Shown one piece after another: positions 8,804-20,071 of a stretch of DNA of 47,832 nt (positions are counted from its first letter, which is position 1; every line of letters begins with the position of its first letter). Below the pieces are notes generated by a model that saw only the letters and a list, made by a program, of their open reading frames with translations, had not been told where the DNA came from and ran no database searches. The stretch is from a virus. Its lineage: Duplodnaviria; Caudoviricetes. The translations under genes were made by a program, and so were the position numbers. The DNA lies in IMG/VR virus record IMGVR_UViG_3300044558_000057, positions 1 through 47,832 of that record. One strand, written 5' to 3'.

Positions 8804-10929
8804 TCCTCCACCTCTTTCGTAAAGATCTGGATATCCGTAAGCGTTCCTTTCTCATGGATGATCGCCTTCAGCTGGATGGAGCCTGCCAGCTTCTTGGCCC
8901 ACTGTTCCTTTGTGATCTCCTTCATTGCCGGTGCGAACATCCCATAGGACTCCTTCGTGGTATCCGGTATGATCCAGCCATTGGCGTATTCCCACCATGT
9001 GCCGCCATGATCGAAGGAGGCAAGAAAGTTCACGTTATTGCTGTCACAGTTTGACGTGGTGCTGAGAACCTGTTCTACTTCACAATCCTTTGTCACAAGT
9101 TCCGCGATCGTCACCCCATCTTTCAGCTTCCATACGCCATCCTTCACTTCAATCTCATCCGAGTTGTAGGTGACTACGTCAAGGTGCTCTGTATCAAACC
9201 GGTGCAGGAACTTCACCGCACCAATGGTGCCGGCGATCGGCTGAAGCACGCTCACAAGAGACATCGACGGAACGATGTCGGAATAGCCTGCAGTCTCTGG
9301 CGAAAGCAGGCTGAACACTACAGAGGTATCAAAGTCCCGATACACCGGAAACAGGTTCATTCCCGGAACTGTATCATAAACAGTGATCGTTCCATCCCAT
9401 GCACCGCTTCCTGCCAGCCCCTGTCCCGCCATGTAAGCTCTGGCATCTCCGCGTGAGATATGGCAGTTGCCACCGGCCATCGAGAGCCAAACTGCAAAGT
9501 TCCCGGTAAGATTTGCCGTACTGTTCCATGTAAAAAGAAGATGCAGGAGGTGTGTCCCATCCGGGAGGGTTTCCACCGGGACGTAATCTTTGATCTCCTC
9601 CCCGTTCAGGTAGTAGGTGACGGTCACCACTGTATCGGTATCCGACAGGAAATCCTCGGCTTCCGTTTCTGTCGTATCGAGCGTCAGCATGATCTCCGCA
9701 TGAAAGTCGATGTGGGTATCCTTTACCGTAACATAGCGAATGTCGATGATCTTGGCTTTCGTCATATCCGCTATGTCATAGTCTGTTGCGTTCAGATAAT
9801 CGTAGTAGCGGATGTATTCCTGATTTTCATTTGAGGAGAGGATACCCTGCAGGTTTTTGTCCGTCTTGGATTTTGCCGATGCCAGAGCCGGGTCCTGTCC
9901 TACCCCCTGCATCGTAAACGACTGGTTATAATTGAACGTGAACTTCGTCATGCAGAAGAGCTTGTCCTTATCGGCAAGCCCATCGGTAAAGCGGAACACG
10001 TCCATGAGGTCGTAGGCAGGGTTTCCGATCAGTTCTGCCTTGAACGGCACATAGTCGATCTTCGAAAGTGCTGTTAGTATTGCCTTCCTCTGTGCATCCT
10101 TCTTCTCGTCCACGCCATACTGTAGGAAAGGATCCGAGCCGATGTTGTAGGTGAGGCCATCGTCCACATCAAGGGCAAAGTAGGACGTGGTCTTTGCATC
10201 GATATTCACGACGGAGAGGCCGGTGTATCTGGTTGAGAAATCCGAGAACTCACATCCGGTAAACCGGTGCTCTGTATCGATCTCGTCCACCACAGTCTGA
10301 TCGTAAGCCCGGACATAGATCTTCCCATCCCGACCTGCATATACATTTGCAGCTATCGTTGCAGCAACCCAAGAAACGAAATCCCGCCATGTCTCAATGT
10401 CCGTCTCACTGTAAAGGGAAAGTTCATCTGTTCCATTCGCCATTGCTGCGAACTCTTCGCTGGTGGTCCCAAGAGAAAGTCCGCAAGCGGTACAGGCCGT
10501 CAGCATCAGGTTGTAAGCAGTCCCATTGATGGATGTGACGGAGCAGTTCTTGTCCAGTTTTGCCATGTGATCGTAGGCCTTGATCACTACACCGGATGCC
10601 GTATGCTTCGCGGAGTCAATCGTAAATACGCCAAGTGGCACGTCCTCATAAGTTCCATCAGAAAGCCGCATTCCGAACACCGGCGAAATCTCCTGATCCT
10701 TCCAACTGTAGCGAGCAATATTCATGTTCATGAGCGTAACGTCCAGTTCCCCGATATAGACCTGCCCGATCTGGACGGAAGAGTCATCCGAGCACTGGTT
10801 TGTGATGGAAAAAGACCCCGAGAGAATGTTGTCATCCGTAAAGGTCACCCTCCCGACTTTTCCCGTCATGCGGAATCTCTGAACCGGCTGCTTCATGGCA
10901 GTCTTATATGCATCACTTACGGTGTACAT
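8800..10929 (-). CDS. Baseplate hub/Tal-like tail protein
   Basis: VPLGVFTID, IKAYDHMAKLD; second gene after tape measure. Confidence 0.7.
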   Translation of the reverse strand: MYTVSDAYKTAMKQPVQRFRMTGKVGRVTFTDDNILSGSFSITNQCSDDSSVQIGQVYIGELDVTLMNMNIARYSWKDQEISPVFGMRLSDGTYEDVPLGVFTIDSAKHTASGVVIKAYDHMAKLDKNCSVTSINGTAYNLMLTACTACGLSLGTTSEEFAAMANGTDELSLYSETDIETWRDFVSWVAATIAANVYAGRDGKIYVRAYDQTVVDEIDTEHRFTGCEFSDFSTRYTGLSVVNIDAKTTSYFALDVDDGLTYNIGSDPFLQYGVDEKKDAQRKAILTALSKIDYVPFKAELIGNPAYDLMDVFRFTDGLADKDKLFCMTKFTFNYNQSFTMQGVGQDPALASAKSKTDKNLQGILSSNENQEYIRYYDYLNATDYDIADMTKAKIIDIRYVTVKDTHIDFHAEIMLTLDTTETEAEDFLSDTDTVVTVTYYLNGEEIKDYVPVETLPDGTHLLHLLFTWNSTANLTGNFAVWLSMAGGNCHISRGDARAYMAGQGLAGSGAWDGTITVYDTVPGMNLFPVYRDFDTSVVFSLLSPETAGYSDIVPSMSLVSVLQPIAGTIGAVKFLHRFDTEHLDVVTYNSDEIEVKDGVWKLKDGVTIAELVTKDCEVEQVLSTTSNCDSNNVNFLASFDHGGTWWEYANGWIIPDTTKESYGMFAPAMKEITKEQWAKKLAGSIQLKAIIHEKGTLTDIQIFTKEVEE

Positions 10930-10944
10930 GAAGCGCCTCCTTTC

Positions 10945-11316
10945 TCAGAATTCCTGCAGGTCAAAGCTCACCGTATAGAGCCCATTCGTGCCCTTCGTCT
11001 TTTCCGAGTTCTTCTCCGGGGCAGTCTTGAAGTTCCGTATTCGCATCGTGCGTATCTTATAATCCTGTGTCTTCAGGTCATAGAGCTTCACCGCAATACT
11101 GTCCTTGTCCCGGAATGCAGCAAACGTCGCTGCCCAGTGGCTCGAACACTGAAAAGAAGCAGAAACGGATAGCTTGTCATACCTTGTGACAATGACCTGA
11201 TCCGTTCCTGCTTCCGTCTGGTTAGTACTCTCGACGACGGAATAACTCTCCTCCCAGCTTTCCGGTGTGAAGAGCTTTGTCTCATCAAAGTAGATTGGAT
11301 AATCGCTTAACATCAT
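10945..11316 (-). CDS. Distal tail (Dit-like) protein
   Basis: Directly after TMP, ends VSFDLQEF. Confidence 0.6.
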   Translation of the reverse strand: MMLSDYPIYFDETKLFTPESWEESYSVVESTNQTEAGTDQVIVTRYDKLSVSASFQCSSHWAATFAAFRDKDSIAVKLYDLKTQDYKIRTMRIRNFKTAPEKNSEKTKGTNGLYTVSFDLQEF

Positions 11317-13964
11317 CGCCCTCCTGACCGGTAATTGCTCCGCTGGGTAGCCCGGACGACGATCTCATCAATCCGCTCCTGTCCGATGTAGACCGGGATG
11401 ATAATATCGCCGCCAGATACACCAGCGAGCGCGCCCTGCACGATCTCTGCCAGCTTGTCCGTGCCGACGACAGCTTCCTGACCAGCTTCCCCGCCGCCAA
11501 GAAGTCTGCCTCCCGCAGCACCGAAAATCGTCGGGCTGTTCAGGATATAGGCATCATCCATGGCCCTCTTGTACCAGTCTACAGACAGGTGAGGAACCGA
11601 AGGTGGATCCACAGAGAGCTTTCCGCTGATGGAGAAATGCGGGAGTTTGATCTTCGGAAGCTCCAGATGGCATCCGGAGAAGAAAGAGGAAATCTTGTCG
11701 AGGCCTCCGCTCACGATGCTCTTGGCGTTATCGATCATCGAGGAGAACGCTCCCTTGATTTCACCGAGTTTTCCCTGCGCTGCAGACAGTGCATCGCCGA
11801 GCTTGCCACCTGTAAGATCATTGATCGCAGAGAACCCGGTCTCCCAGATCGATTTGTAGGCATCGACCGCCGTTCCGATCACGCCCTTGATGCCGCCGCC
11901 GTGCTCGTCCACCGATGCCTGAATGGCATCCCACGTGGTGCCGGTGTTTGTTTTTACGGTGTCCCATGCAGTACTGATGGTGGCCTTTACGGCATCAAAA
12001 GCAGTACCGGCTGTTGTCTTGATGCCATCCCATGCACCGGAGAGTGTCGTGGTGATCCCGCTCCATGCTGTCGATGCAGCAGAGCTGATGGTCGACCACG
12101 TATTGCCAAGAAAATCGGAGATTCCGGTAAAGACCGTCGTTGCCATAGTACTGATTCCACTCCACAGCCCGGTGAAAAATCCGCTGATGCCGTTCCAGAC
12201 AGTCTCCGTGGTAGACTGGATACCGTCCCAGAGCCCGGAGAAGAAACTACCGAGCCCTTCACCGATGGACTGTACTCCGGAACACACGGTTTCCCAGACG
12301 CCGCCGAACCACTCAGAGATTTCTCCCCAATGCTTCACGATCTCTATGACAGCGACCACTGCTGCTATGACAGCTGCAATGATCCCGATGATCGGAAGGA
12401 TCGGAACAGAGACTGCTGCGATTGCGGGTCCTACCGTTCCGGAAAGGAACCCGACAAACGTGCCGAGCGTCGAGGTAATCCCGCCGACGGCTGTGACGAC
12501 CTTGCCGACACCGACCACGACAGGCCCGACAGCCGCAGCAATCAGCGCTGCCTTGACGACTGCTTCCTGCATGCCCGGGGAAAGGCCATCCCACGCATCC
12601 TTCAGGGACGTCACCACATCCTTGATCTGGGTCATGGCTTCCGTGATCATCGGAGCCGCAGCATCCACGATTTCTGCACCGAGGTCTTTCAGATTGTTCA
12701 TGACAATCGTCATCTGGTCGAGAGGATCCAGCGTCTCGTTAAAGGTGCTCTCTACGGAACCTGCATAATCCCCGAGCGTGGTAGAGAGGTCGCTAAGCGA
12801 AAGCTTCCCGCTCTGCACCGCGTTGTAGATAGCACCACCGGCGCGGGAGCCGAACAGGTCATAGGCTGCCTGCAGCTTCTCCGTATCCGAGGCATTGCTG
12901 CCCATCGTCTTCGAGAATTCCTTCAAAGCATCACTGAGGGACTGGCCGTTCTTTGTAGCCACCTTCTGCGCCTTGGTAAGACCAGTGAGCATGGTCGAGG
13001 TATCCAAACCGGACATCTCAACTGCTCCCATAAAGCCAGCCGCCTGCTCAGCGGTAAACCCCATCGACTGGAACTGGCTGGCATTCTTAGCTAGGTCCTG
13101 CGACAGGGTATCCATCGACACACCGGTTGCCTGCCCGACTTGGTTCAAGGCATCGAGGAGGTTCCCAGCATCGTCAGACGACTGCCCAAAGGCATTGAGG
13201 ACAGAAGATACGTTATCGACAGAAGTAGATACATCGGTGCTATTGAGCGTTGCAAACTCCACAAACTTCGTGGAGAGATCCTCCAGTGCGTCCCCAGTCA
13301 GTCCGAATCTTGTGTTCACCTCGCCGATTGCATCACCCGCTGTCTGGAAGTCCGTCGGGATGGTCTCCGCGATGGACTTGGCACGTTTCTGCATGTCCTC
13401 AAGCGCCGCACCACTTGCACCAGTCTTCTGGGTCACTGTATCGAGGGCTTCATCGACTTCCTTCCAAGCCGCAACCGAAGCTCCTGCAGCGGCAGCGACA
13501 GGAACCGTGATGCCCTTGGTGAGTCCTTCTCCGACGTTACTGATCTTGCCGCCGACCTCTTTCATCTTGTCGCCGGCGACCTGAAGTTGCTGGTCGGCAA
13601 CGGAGCCGAACTTCTTGTACTCGTCCTCGAGTCCTTCCAGCGACTGCTTGGTAGCTTCGATCTCCCGGGTCAGTGCTTCCTGCTGCTTCTGCGTCTCCTC
13701 CGTTTGAGGCCCCGCCTTCAGCTGTGCGAGGGCTTCCTTCTCCTCGGCGAGTTTCTTTTTGGTAGCATCGATTGCGTCAGTGAGGTATTTCTGCTTCTGT
13801 GCCAGAAGATCCGCATTGCCCGGATCCATCTTCAGGAGCTTATTGACGTCCTTGAGATTCGACTGAGTATCCCGGATCTCCTTGTTCACGCCCTTCAGGG
13901 CATTGGAGAGCTTGGTAGTATCGCCATCCAGCTCAATGGTTATGCCTTTAATACGATCTGCCAT
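11313..13964 (-). CDS. Tail tape measure protein
   Basis: RIKGITIELDGDTT start, Ala/Gly-rich, 11-residue W/F periodic repeats, VDWY...GGEAGQEAVV C-terminus. Confidence 0.95.
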   Translation of the reverse strand: MADRIKGITIELDGDTTKLSNALKGVNKEIRDTQSNLKDVNKLLKMDPGNADLLAQKQKYLTDAIDATKKKLAEEKEALAQLKAGPQTEETQKQQEALTREIEATKQSLEGLEDEYKKFGSVADQQLQVAGDKMKEVGGKISNVGEGLTKGITVPVAAAAGASVAAWKEVDEALDTVTQKTGASGAALEDMQKRAKSIAETIPTDFQTAGDAIGEVNTRFGLTGDALEDLSTKFVEFATLNSTDVSTSVDNVSSVLNAFGQSSDDAGNLLDALNQVGQATGVSMDTLSQDLAKNASQFQSMGFTAEQAAGFMGAVEMSGLDTSTMLTGLTKAQKVATKNGQSLSDALKEFSKTMGSNASDTEKLQAAYDLFGSRAGGAIYNAVQSGKLSLSDLSTTLGDYAGSVESTFNETLDPLDQMTIVMNNLKDLGAEIVDAAAPMITEAMTQIKDVVTSLKDAWDGLSPGMQEAVVKAALIAAAVGPVVVGVGKVVTAVGGITSTLGTFVGFLSGTVGPAIAAVSVPILPIIGIIAAVIAAVVAVIEIVKHWGEISEWFGGVWETVCSGVQSIGEGLGSFFSGLWDGIQSTTETVWNGISGFFTGLWSGISTMATTVFTGISDFLGNTWSTISSAASTAWSGITTTLSGAWDGIKTTAGTAFDAVKATISTAWDTVKTNTGTTWDAIQASVDEHGGGIKGVIGTAVDAYKSIWETGFSAINDLTGGKLGDALSAAQGKLGEIKGAFSSMIDNAKSIVSGGLDKISSFFSGCHLELPKIKLPHFSISGKLSVDPPSVPHLSVDWYKRAMDDAYILNSPTIFGAAGGRLLGGGEAGQEAVVGTDKLAEIVQGALAGVSGGDIIIPVYIGQERIDEIVVRATQRSNYRSGGR

Positions 13965-13988
13965 AGACTACCCTCCCTTCATGACATG

Positions 13989-14016
13989 AAAAAAGCACCG
14001 GCCATTCACCGATGCT
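13989..14016 (-). terminator. Possible intrinsic terminator between tail chaperones and TMP
   Basis: AGCATCGG...CCGGTGCT stem followed by T tract on minus strand. Confidence 0.45.
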
Positions 14017-14019
14017 CAA

Positions 14020-14220
14020 TCAAAATGAATCAAAATCCTGCTGCGTTGCTACCTGTCTGTACTCGTCATCACAGAGGTCATTTCCGGATTCAATGATCAT
14101 ATCCATCACGAGGCCTTCCTCCACGCTGTCGAGTTCTTCAAGAGAAAAACCCAGCTGCTTGGCCCGCAGCATAAATACGGCTGTGTTTACTTCCCGTTCA
14201 GTTGGGCGACTCCTTTTTTT
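14020..14220 (-). CDS. Tail assembly chaperone, -1 frameshift extension (GT-like)
   Basis: -1 frame entered at A AAA AAA 14214-14220 reads KKRSRPTEREVNTAVFMLRAKQLG...ATQQDFDSF. Confidence 0.75.
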   Translation of the reverse strand, partial: KKRSRPTEREVNTAVFMLRAKQLGFSLEELDSVEEGLVMDMIIESGNDLCDDEYRQVATQQDFDSF

Positions 14221-14561
14221 GGCTTCGACGTTGTCCTCCGCGACCCAAGGTAGAGCGTAACGAACTCCTGCATGTGCAGGAAGAGCTCTGCCCCATCGAA
14301 CTGGTCTGCCCATTCAAGAAAGGCATCCACGTTCAGGGTATTCATGTCCCGCTTCTCTGCCTGTGCATTCATGATGAAGGCCAGCTTGTCACCGACCATC
14401 ATGTCGGTCTGGTCGTCCTCGCTGTTCTCCATTTTATTTAAGAGGATCATCAGGTCCTGATGGAACACCTGCTTATAACGATATGCTGTGGTTCCCGTTG
14501 CGAGGAACGGGAAGCTCTTCTCCCCCTCCCCACAGGTTTTAAGAGTAATCTCCTGATACAT
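14187..14561 (-). CDS. Tail assembly chaperone (G-like)
   Basis: Between major tail and TMP; slippery sequence near 3' end. Confidence 0.8.
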   Translation of the reverse strand: MYQEITLKTCGEGEKSFPFLATGTTAYRYKQVFHQDLMILLNKMENSEDDQTDMMVGDKLAFIMNAQAEKRDMNTLNVDAFLEWADQFDGAELFLHMQEFVTLYLGSRRTTSKPKKGVAQLNGK

Positions 14562-14576
14562 TAGCCTGCCTCCTTA

Positions 14577-15543
<967 letters not shown>

Positions 15544-15558
15544 CGCTTCCTCCCGGCA

Positions 15559-15930
15559 TCAGCCCTTCAGTTCCTTCTCAATCTCGTCACTCAGCTTCCC
15601 GGTAATTTCTTCCTCAACCGGGGCGATATGGGGAATTCCCTCGACTCTCCCACCGCCGCGCTTGGCATGGCCTTTCTCGAGAAGATGCGTCAGCCCATAA
15701 ATCTTGTTATGGACAATCACCTCCGCACCGACCGCCGTCTCTTTCTGCACTGTGGATCTCCATCCCTTGGCATACTTGCCGGTGCGCTTTGGCGATTTCT
15801 CCTTCAGCTCTTTCACCGCTTCCTTAGCGGAATCTTTGATCTCCTGCTTCACAATGTCGTTCACATCATCTGCATAATCGGAGAGAGTCTTTTCAACTAT
15901 GGCCGCAAGGTCATCTGCCTTCACCTTCAT
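15559..15930 (-). CDS. HK97 gp10-like tail completion protein
   Basis: SPKRTGKYAKGW, LTHLLEKGH. Confidence 0.88.
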   Translation of the reverse strand: MKVKADDLAAIVEKTLSDYADDVNDIVKQEIKDSAKEAVKELKEKSPKRTGKYAKGWRSTVQKETAVGAEVIVHNKIYGLTHLLEKGHAKRGGGRVEGIPHIAPVEEEITGKLSDEIEKELKG

Positions 15931-16259
15931 CGCTTCACCTTCTCGCACTTGAATTTCAGACTATTGCGTTTGAATCCCATCGGATCAATGGTGGTGACAT
16001 TGTAAATTGCATCCCCCAGACGAATCCGGATCTTTGTGGAGTCGAGTCCTTCGAGGCACTTCGCGTACCGGACAGTAAAGTCGATCGCATCGGTGCTGTT
16101 GGTGGTCCCGGCTTCTTGGCTTTCCGAACCTCCGCTTTGTACCGGCGTCGCCCAGCAGGTGTAGAAGTCAACCCACGTATTGGTGTGGTTGCCGTACTTA
16201 TCCTTCACGACCTCGTTCTTTTGAATTGTGAGCCGAACATTCATCGCTGCGATATCCAT
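15927..16259 (-). CDS. Head closure/head-tail adaptor (SPP1 gp16-like)
   Basis: DKYGN...WVDFYTCWA, FTVRY; synteny. Confidence 0.85.
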   Translation of the reverse strand: MDIAAMNVRLTIQKNEVVKDKYGNHTNTWVDFYTCWATPVQSGGSESQEAGTTNSTDAIDFTVRYAKCLEGLDSTKIRIRLGDAIYNVTTIDPMGFKRNSLKFKCEKVKR

Positions 16260-16271
16260 CCTGTGCCTCCG

Positions 16272-16541
16272 TCAAAACTTCGAATCCCGCTCTCCGAAGA
16301 GCAGGTTTCGAAGAGTAATAGTGAGTGCATGATGATCCGCTTCCTCACGATGCTCATTGAGGTAGGCTAACGCATACAGGACCGCCACCACGACAACCGG
16401 GCTGTTTGAATCCTCAAGGCTGTCCCTCCGGAGCACGGATGACACAAGGCTCTCAGCTGCATCCAACTCCTGCTGGATAATGTCGTCCTCATCATCTGCG
16501 TCGACGCGCAGGTATTTCTTGGCTTCTTCCAGTGTGATCAT
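16272..16541 (-). CDS. Head-tail connector (gp6-like)
   Basis: ITLEEAKKYLRVD, YLNEHRE. Confidence 0.88.
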   Translation of the reverse strand: MITLEEAKKYLRVDADDEDDIIQQELDAAESLVSSVLRRDSLEDSNSPVVVVAVLYALAYLNEHREEADHHALTITLRNLLFGERDSKF

Positions 16542-16610
16542 CATGCCTCCCATAGAAAGAGAGCCCAGAGCTTTGACACCCCGAGCCCCGGAAAATCAAA
16601 TTGCTACCGA

Positions 16611-17804
16611 TCAGGCAGATGCTCCAGCCTTCAGGATCTGCACAGCCTCCGGGAGTACCAGAAGGCCGTCCACACGCTCCTTCGCCACATAGCCGATCAT
16701 GCCGTTGCCGGCAAAGAGCTCACGAAGCTCCTGCATGGAACGCGTGCCGCGATCGCCGATGTTGTAGTAGCTGTAGTCACCGAACGCCATCACAGGCTTT
16801 CCTGCTGCCAGCTCCGGTGCAAAGGCACTGGTGTAAACTGCATAGCCAAGAAGGCGGTCCGGTTCCCCTGCCTGATAGGACGGCTGCCAGATGTAGGCTC
16901 CGTTGTTGTCCTTCAGCTTCCGGAGTGTCGCAAGAGTCTGGTCGTTCATGATGAACGATGCCTTCTTACGATAGGGGCGCTTCAGGGCATACACGAGATC
17001 CAGTACATCGTCGGTGCCAAGCTTGGTGCCGGTGAGTGTCTTTGCCACGGTGCCGCCGTTCGTCTCATCAAAGATGCCGGTCGGCTTCCCCTTGCCATCG
17101 CCGTTCAGGAAAGCATCCTCCTCGGCATTGGCGATCGCAATGCCGAACTGGTTCGTGATGTAGCCGGCAAGATCAAACATGGAGTCGTAGAGAAGCTCCT
17201 CGGTTACCTTTACTGCCACATGGAGCTTATGCGCATCGAGGATCTTCTGGCCGAATTTCGCGTCCGTGAACTGGAGAGCCCCGCCCTCCTCGATCCATGC
17301 AGCCGTCGGCTTTGCGCCGGCGATATTGATCTTGTGCTCACCGGAAGTTGTGATCTGGGTCGCAAGGCCCCTCATGATGTTCTCCTCATTAAGGACATCA
17401 ATGAGTCTCGAATCCCACTCCTCCGGAACAAGATATCCTCCGTCAGCGTCAACGCCTTCCTGCAGGATGTCCGATACCTGATGGAAGTTCGTGCGCATGG
17501 CGGTCAGCATGTCCTTGGCATACTGGTCAGAAGCACGGCCCTGCTTCTTCGGCTTCTCCCCGCCGGCAGAAGGCATGCTAGAAAGCGGAGAAGAGGTCGG
17601 CTGGTTCAGCTGCGCCTCGATCGCTGCCTGACGGTTCAGGCGGTCGATCTCCTTGGTAAGATCCGTGATCTCCTTCTCCATCCGGTCATAGGTTTCCCCG
17701 TCTGCGGCAGAGAGAACACCATTCTCTCCCCTGTGAGCTTCAAGGAAGGACTTTGCCGCCTCCCATGCCTTGGCTCTCTTTGCAATCAAATCCTGTACGT
17801 TCAT
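16611..17804 (-). CDS. Major capsid protein, HK97 fold
   Basis: Coiled-coil delta domain, DGGYLVPEE, AFLNGDGKGKPTGI, FGDYSYY. Confidence 0.95.
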   Translation of the reverse strand: MNVQDLIAKRAKAWEAAKSFLEAHRGENGVLSAADGETYDRMEKEITDLTKEIDRLNRQAAIEAQLNQPTSSPLSSMPSAGGEKPKKQGRASDQYAKDMLTAMRTNFHQVSDILQEGVDADGGYLVPEEWDSRLIDVLNEENIMRGLATQITTSGEHKINIAGAKPTAAWIEEGGALQFTDAKFGQKILDAHKLHVAVKVTEELLYDSMFDLAGYITNQFGIAIANAEEDAFLNGDGKGKPTGIFDETNGGTVAKTLTGTKLGTDDVLDLVYALKRPYRKKASFIMNDQTLATLRKLKDNNGAYIWQPSYQAGEPDRLLGYAVYTSAFAPELAAGKPVMAFGDYSYYNIGDRGTRSMQELRELFAGNGMIGYVAKERVDGLLVLPEAVQILKAGASA

Positions 17805-17818
17805 ATGTGATTTCCTCC

Positions 17819-18712
17819 TCACATTATTGTGTGCAGCAGATTCAGGCGATCCATGAGAGCATCCACGCTCCGACCGCCTTCTGCATTGTCCCCGGCAACA
17901 GGACCATCCTGTGCCTTGTCTCTTACTTCGTAGTGTCTTCTCACCTTGCTGGTGAAAGCAGCCTCCATCTGACGACCGGAATACAAAAAGCCCGTTCCAA
18001 TTTTGTCATGGCCCTCATCCATTCCATTTTTGTCAGGGCTCTCTCCGGAAGTGTCCTCCTTGGAACGATCCTCTTCCGGATCAGTACCATCCTCCTGCTC
18101 AGGCTCTTCCGGGATCTTCTTATCCTGCCCATCCTCGTGGTAGAGATCCGGACGCTCCATCACACGGTCAGCAAAACCAAGCTCCACCGCCTTGTTCGCA
18201 TCCATCCATGTTTCATCATCCATGAGCTTCGAGAGCTTATTCTTAGAAAGGCCAGTCTTCTTCACATAGGCATTCAGGATAGAATCCTTCACAGAATCCA
18301 GCATTGAGATTGCCTGTGCGAGATCATCCTTATCGCCCATCGCCATTGTGGATGGGTTATGGATCATGAGCATCGACACCGGGCTTACCAGCACCTCATC
18401 TCCCGCCATCGCAATGACTGATGCTGCCGATGCGGCGAGGCCATCGATCTTCACTGTGACCTTTCCACCGTAAGACAGGAGCATGTTGTAGATCTGCGCT
18501 GCCGCCCAGACGTCTCCTCCCGGAGAATTGATCCAGACCGTGATCGGACCTTTCCCGGAATCAAGATCGGACTTAAAAAGAGCCGGTGTGACGTCATCGT
18601 CAAACCAGCTCTCCGAAGCGATCGTTCCATTCAAAAACAGGGTCCGTTCTGCAAGGTCCGGATCACTCCCATCCGGTGCCTTGTTCCGCACCCACCTCCA
18701 AAACTCGTTCAT
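17819..18712 (-). CDS. ClpP-like prohead protease
   Basis: INSPGGDV, DGLAASAASVIAMAG, MIHNP, ETWM...GFAD. Confidence 0.93.
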   Translation of the reverse strand: MNEFWRWVRNKAPDGSDPDLAERTLFLNGTIASESWFDDDVTPALFKSDLDSGKGPITVWINSPGGDVWAAAQIYNMLLSYGGKVTVKIDGLAASAASVIAMAGDEVLVSPVSMLMIHNPSTMAMGDKDDLAQAISMLDSVKDSILNAYVKKTGLSKNKLSKLMDDETWMDANKAVELGFADRVMERPDLYHEDGQDKKIPEEPEQEDGTDPEEDRSKEDTSGESPDKNGMDEGHDKIGTGFLYSGRQMEAAFTSKVRRHYEVRDKAQDGPVAGDNAEGGRSVDALMDRLNLLHTIM

Positions 18713-20052
18713 CTCATCCTCCTCCCCCATTTCTGGGGTTTTGCTGTATCTTCTTCCTGCTCATTCTGCTCTGACTCCTGCCCGGGATCTTTCTGCTCAT
18801 GCAGATCACTTCCTCCACCGGAACTCTGGTAGGCCGCGCCAGCATTCTTTAATGGCGTCATGCTGCCATTCACCAAGAACAGGTTCCCACCTTCATCATC
18901 CGGTACAAGATCCATGTTCTCAAGCCTGCGCACATCGTTCACGCAAAGGAATCCGTTACTGATTCCGGTTGCATAGCCCTGCATCCGGGAGGCGTAGTTG
19001 CCGCGAAGAAGACCGTCGACATTGAACCTCGCGTAGTATATCTTCTTCTCCTCCGGGGTGAGGAGTGACCGTGAAATTGCCGACTCGATCCTTGTGAGCC
19101 ACGGCTGCAGGCTGTAGGTCACGAATTCGAGCGACTGCTCCTCGATATTGCTGAAGGTTGCATGCTCGAGATCTCCAATCATATGCGGAGGTATTCTGAA
19201 TATTCGCGCAATTTCGTCAACTTGAAATTTGCGAACGTCTAAGAACTGAGCCTCCTGCGGATTGATCGAGATCGGTGAATACTTCATTCCCTCTTCAAGG
19301 ACTGCCACCTTGCCCGCATTCTGGCTGCCGCCAAATGCCGCCTGCCAGCTGTCCCTCACCTTCTCCGGTTCCTTCAGGATGCCCGGATGCTCAAGTACTC
19401 CGGAAGGAGTGGCTCCATTCTCAAAGAACTTACTGCCGTATTCCTCACAGGCCATCGAAAGTCCGATCGAGTTCTTTGCCATCGCGATCGGGCTGTATCC
19501 CACAAGGCCGTCAAAACCAAGTCCCGGGATCTGCATCACCTCATGGGGAGAGAGTTTCACAATCGTCTCCTTCATGGTCGGCGCATCGGACCCCTTGGAC
19601 CAGAGGTACTGGTAGTAGATGTGTCCGTTCTCATCCCGATCCACGGTCATGCGGTTGGGCATCAGAGGATACAGCGCTGTGATCTCACCCTTGCCATTCC
19701 GGATGATTTGGACAAATCCGTTACCCCACAGGAGAATGTGCGTCATGAGTGTCTCCCAGAAGGAGTAAGCAGTCATCTCCTCGTTCGGTTCACTGTGGAG
19801 CAGGAAGTACAGAGGATGGTCGGTTGCCTTCACCTTGCTTCCATCCTCCTCTTTGTAGAGGTGAAGCGGAAGGCTTGCCACAGCCTCCGCAAGTACCCGG
19901 ACGCAGGCATACACAGCAGTGACCTGCATCGAGCTTCGCTCCGTTACCGTCTTACCGGAGGAGGTGTGCCCGTAATATGCCCGGTACACACTACCGGACG
20001 TCATATCCTGCGGATCAGCCCTTGATTTGAATAGCTTTGAAAATATGCTCAC
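18709..20052 (-). CDS. Portal protein (HK97 family)
   Basis: AVYACVRVLAEAVASLPL, GYSPI, IARIFRIPPHMIG. Confidence 0.95.
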   Translation of the reverse strand: MSIFSKLFKSRADPQDMTSGSVYRAYYGHTSSGKTVTERSSMQVTAVYACVRVLAEAVASLPLHLYKEEDGSKVKATDHPLYFLLHSEPNEEMTAYSFWETLMTHILLWGNGFVQIIRNGKGEITALYPLMPNRMTVDRDENGHIYYQYLWSKGSDAPTMKETIVKLSPHEVMQIPGLGFDGLVGYSPIAMAKNSIGLSMACEEYGSKFFENGATPSGVLEHPGILKEPEKVRDSWQAAFGGSQNAGKVAVLEEGMKYSPISINPQEAQFLDVRKFQVDEIARIFRIPPHMIGDLEHATFSNIEEQSLEFVTYSLQPWLTRIESAISRSLLTPEEKKIYYARFNVDGLLRGNYASRMQGYATGISNGFLCVNDVRRLENMDLVPDDEGGNLFLVNGSMTPLKNAGAAYQSSGGGSDLHEQKDPGQESEQNEQEEDTAKPQKWGRRMR

Positions 20053-20071
20053 TCTTTGCCTCCTCGTTTCG

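Noticed and set aside
11589-14096. Long plus-strand ORFs (501, 281, 229, 318 aa)
   Set aside because: Antisense shadows of the tape measure gene; no RBS or recognisable motifs
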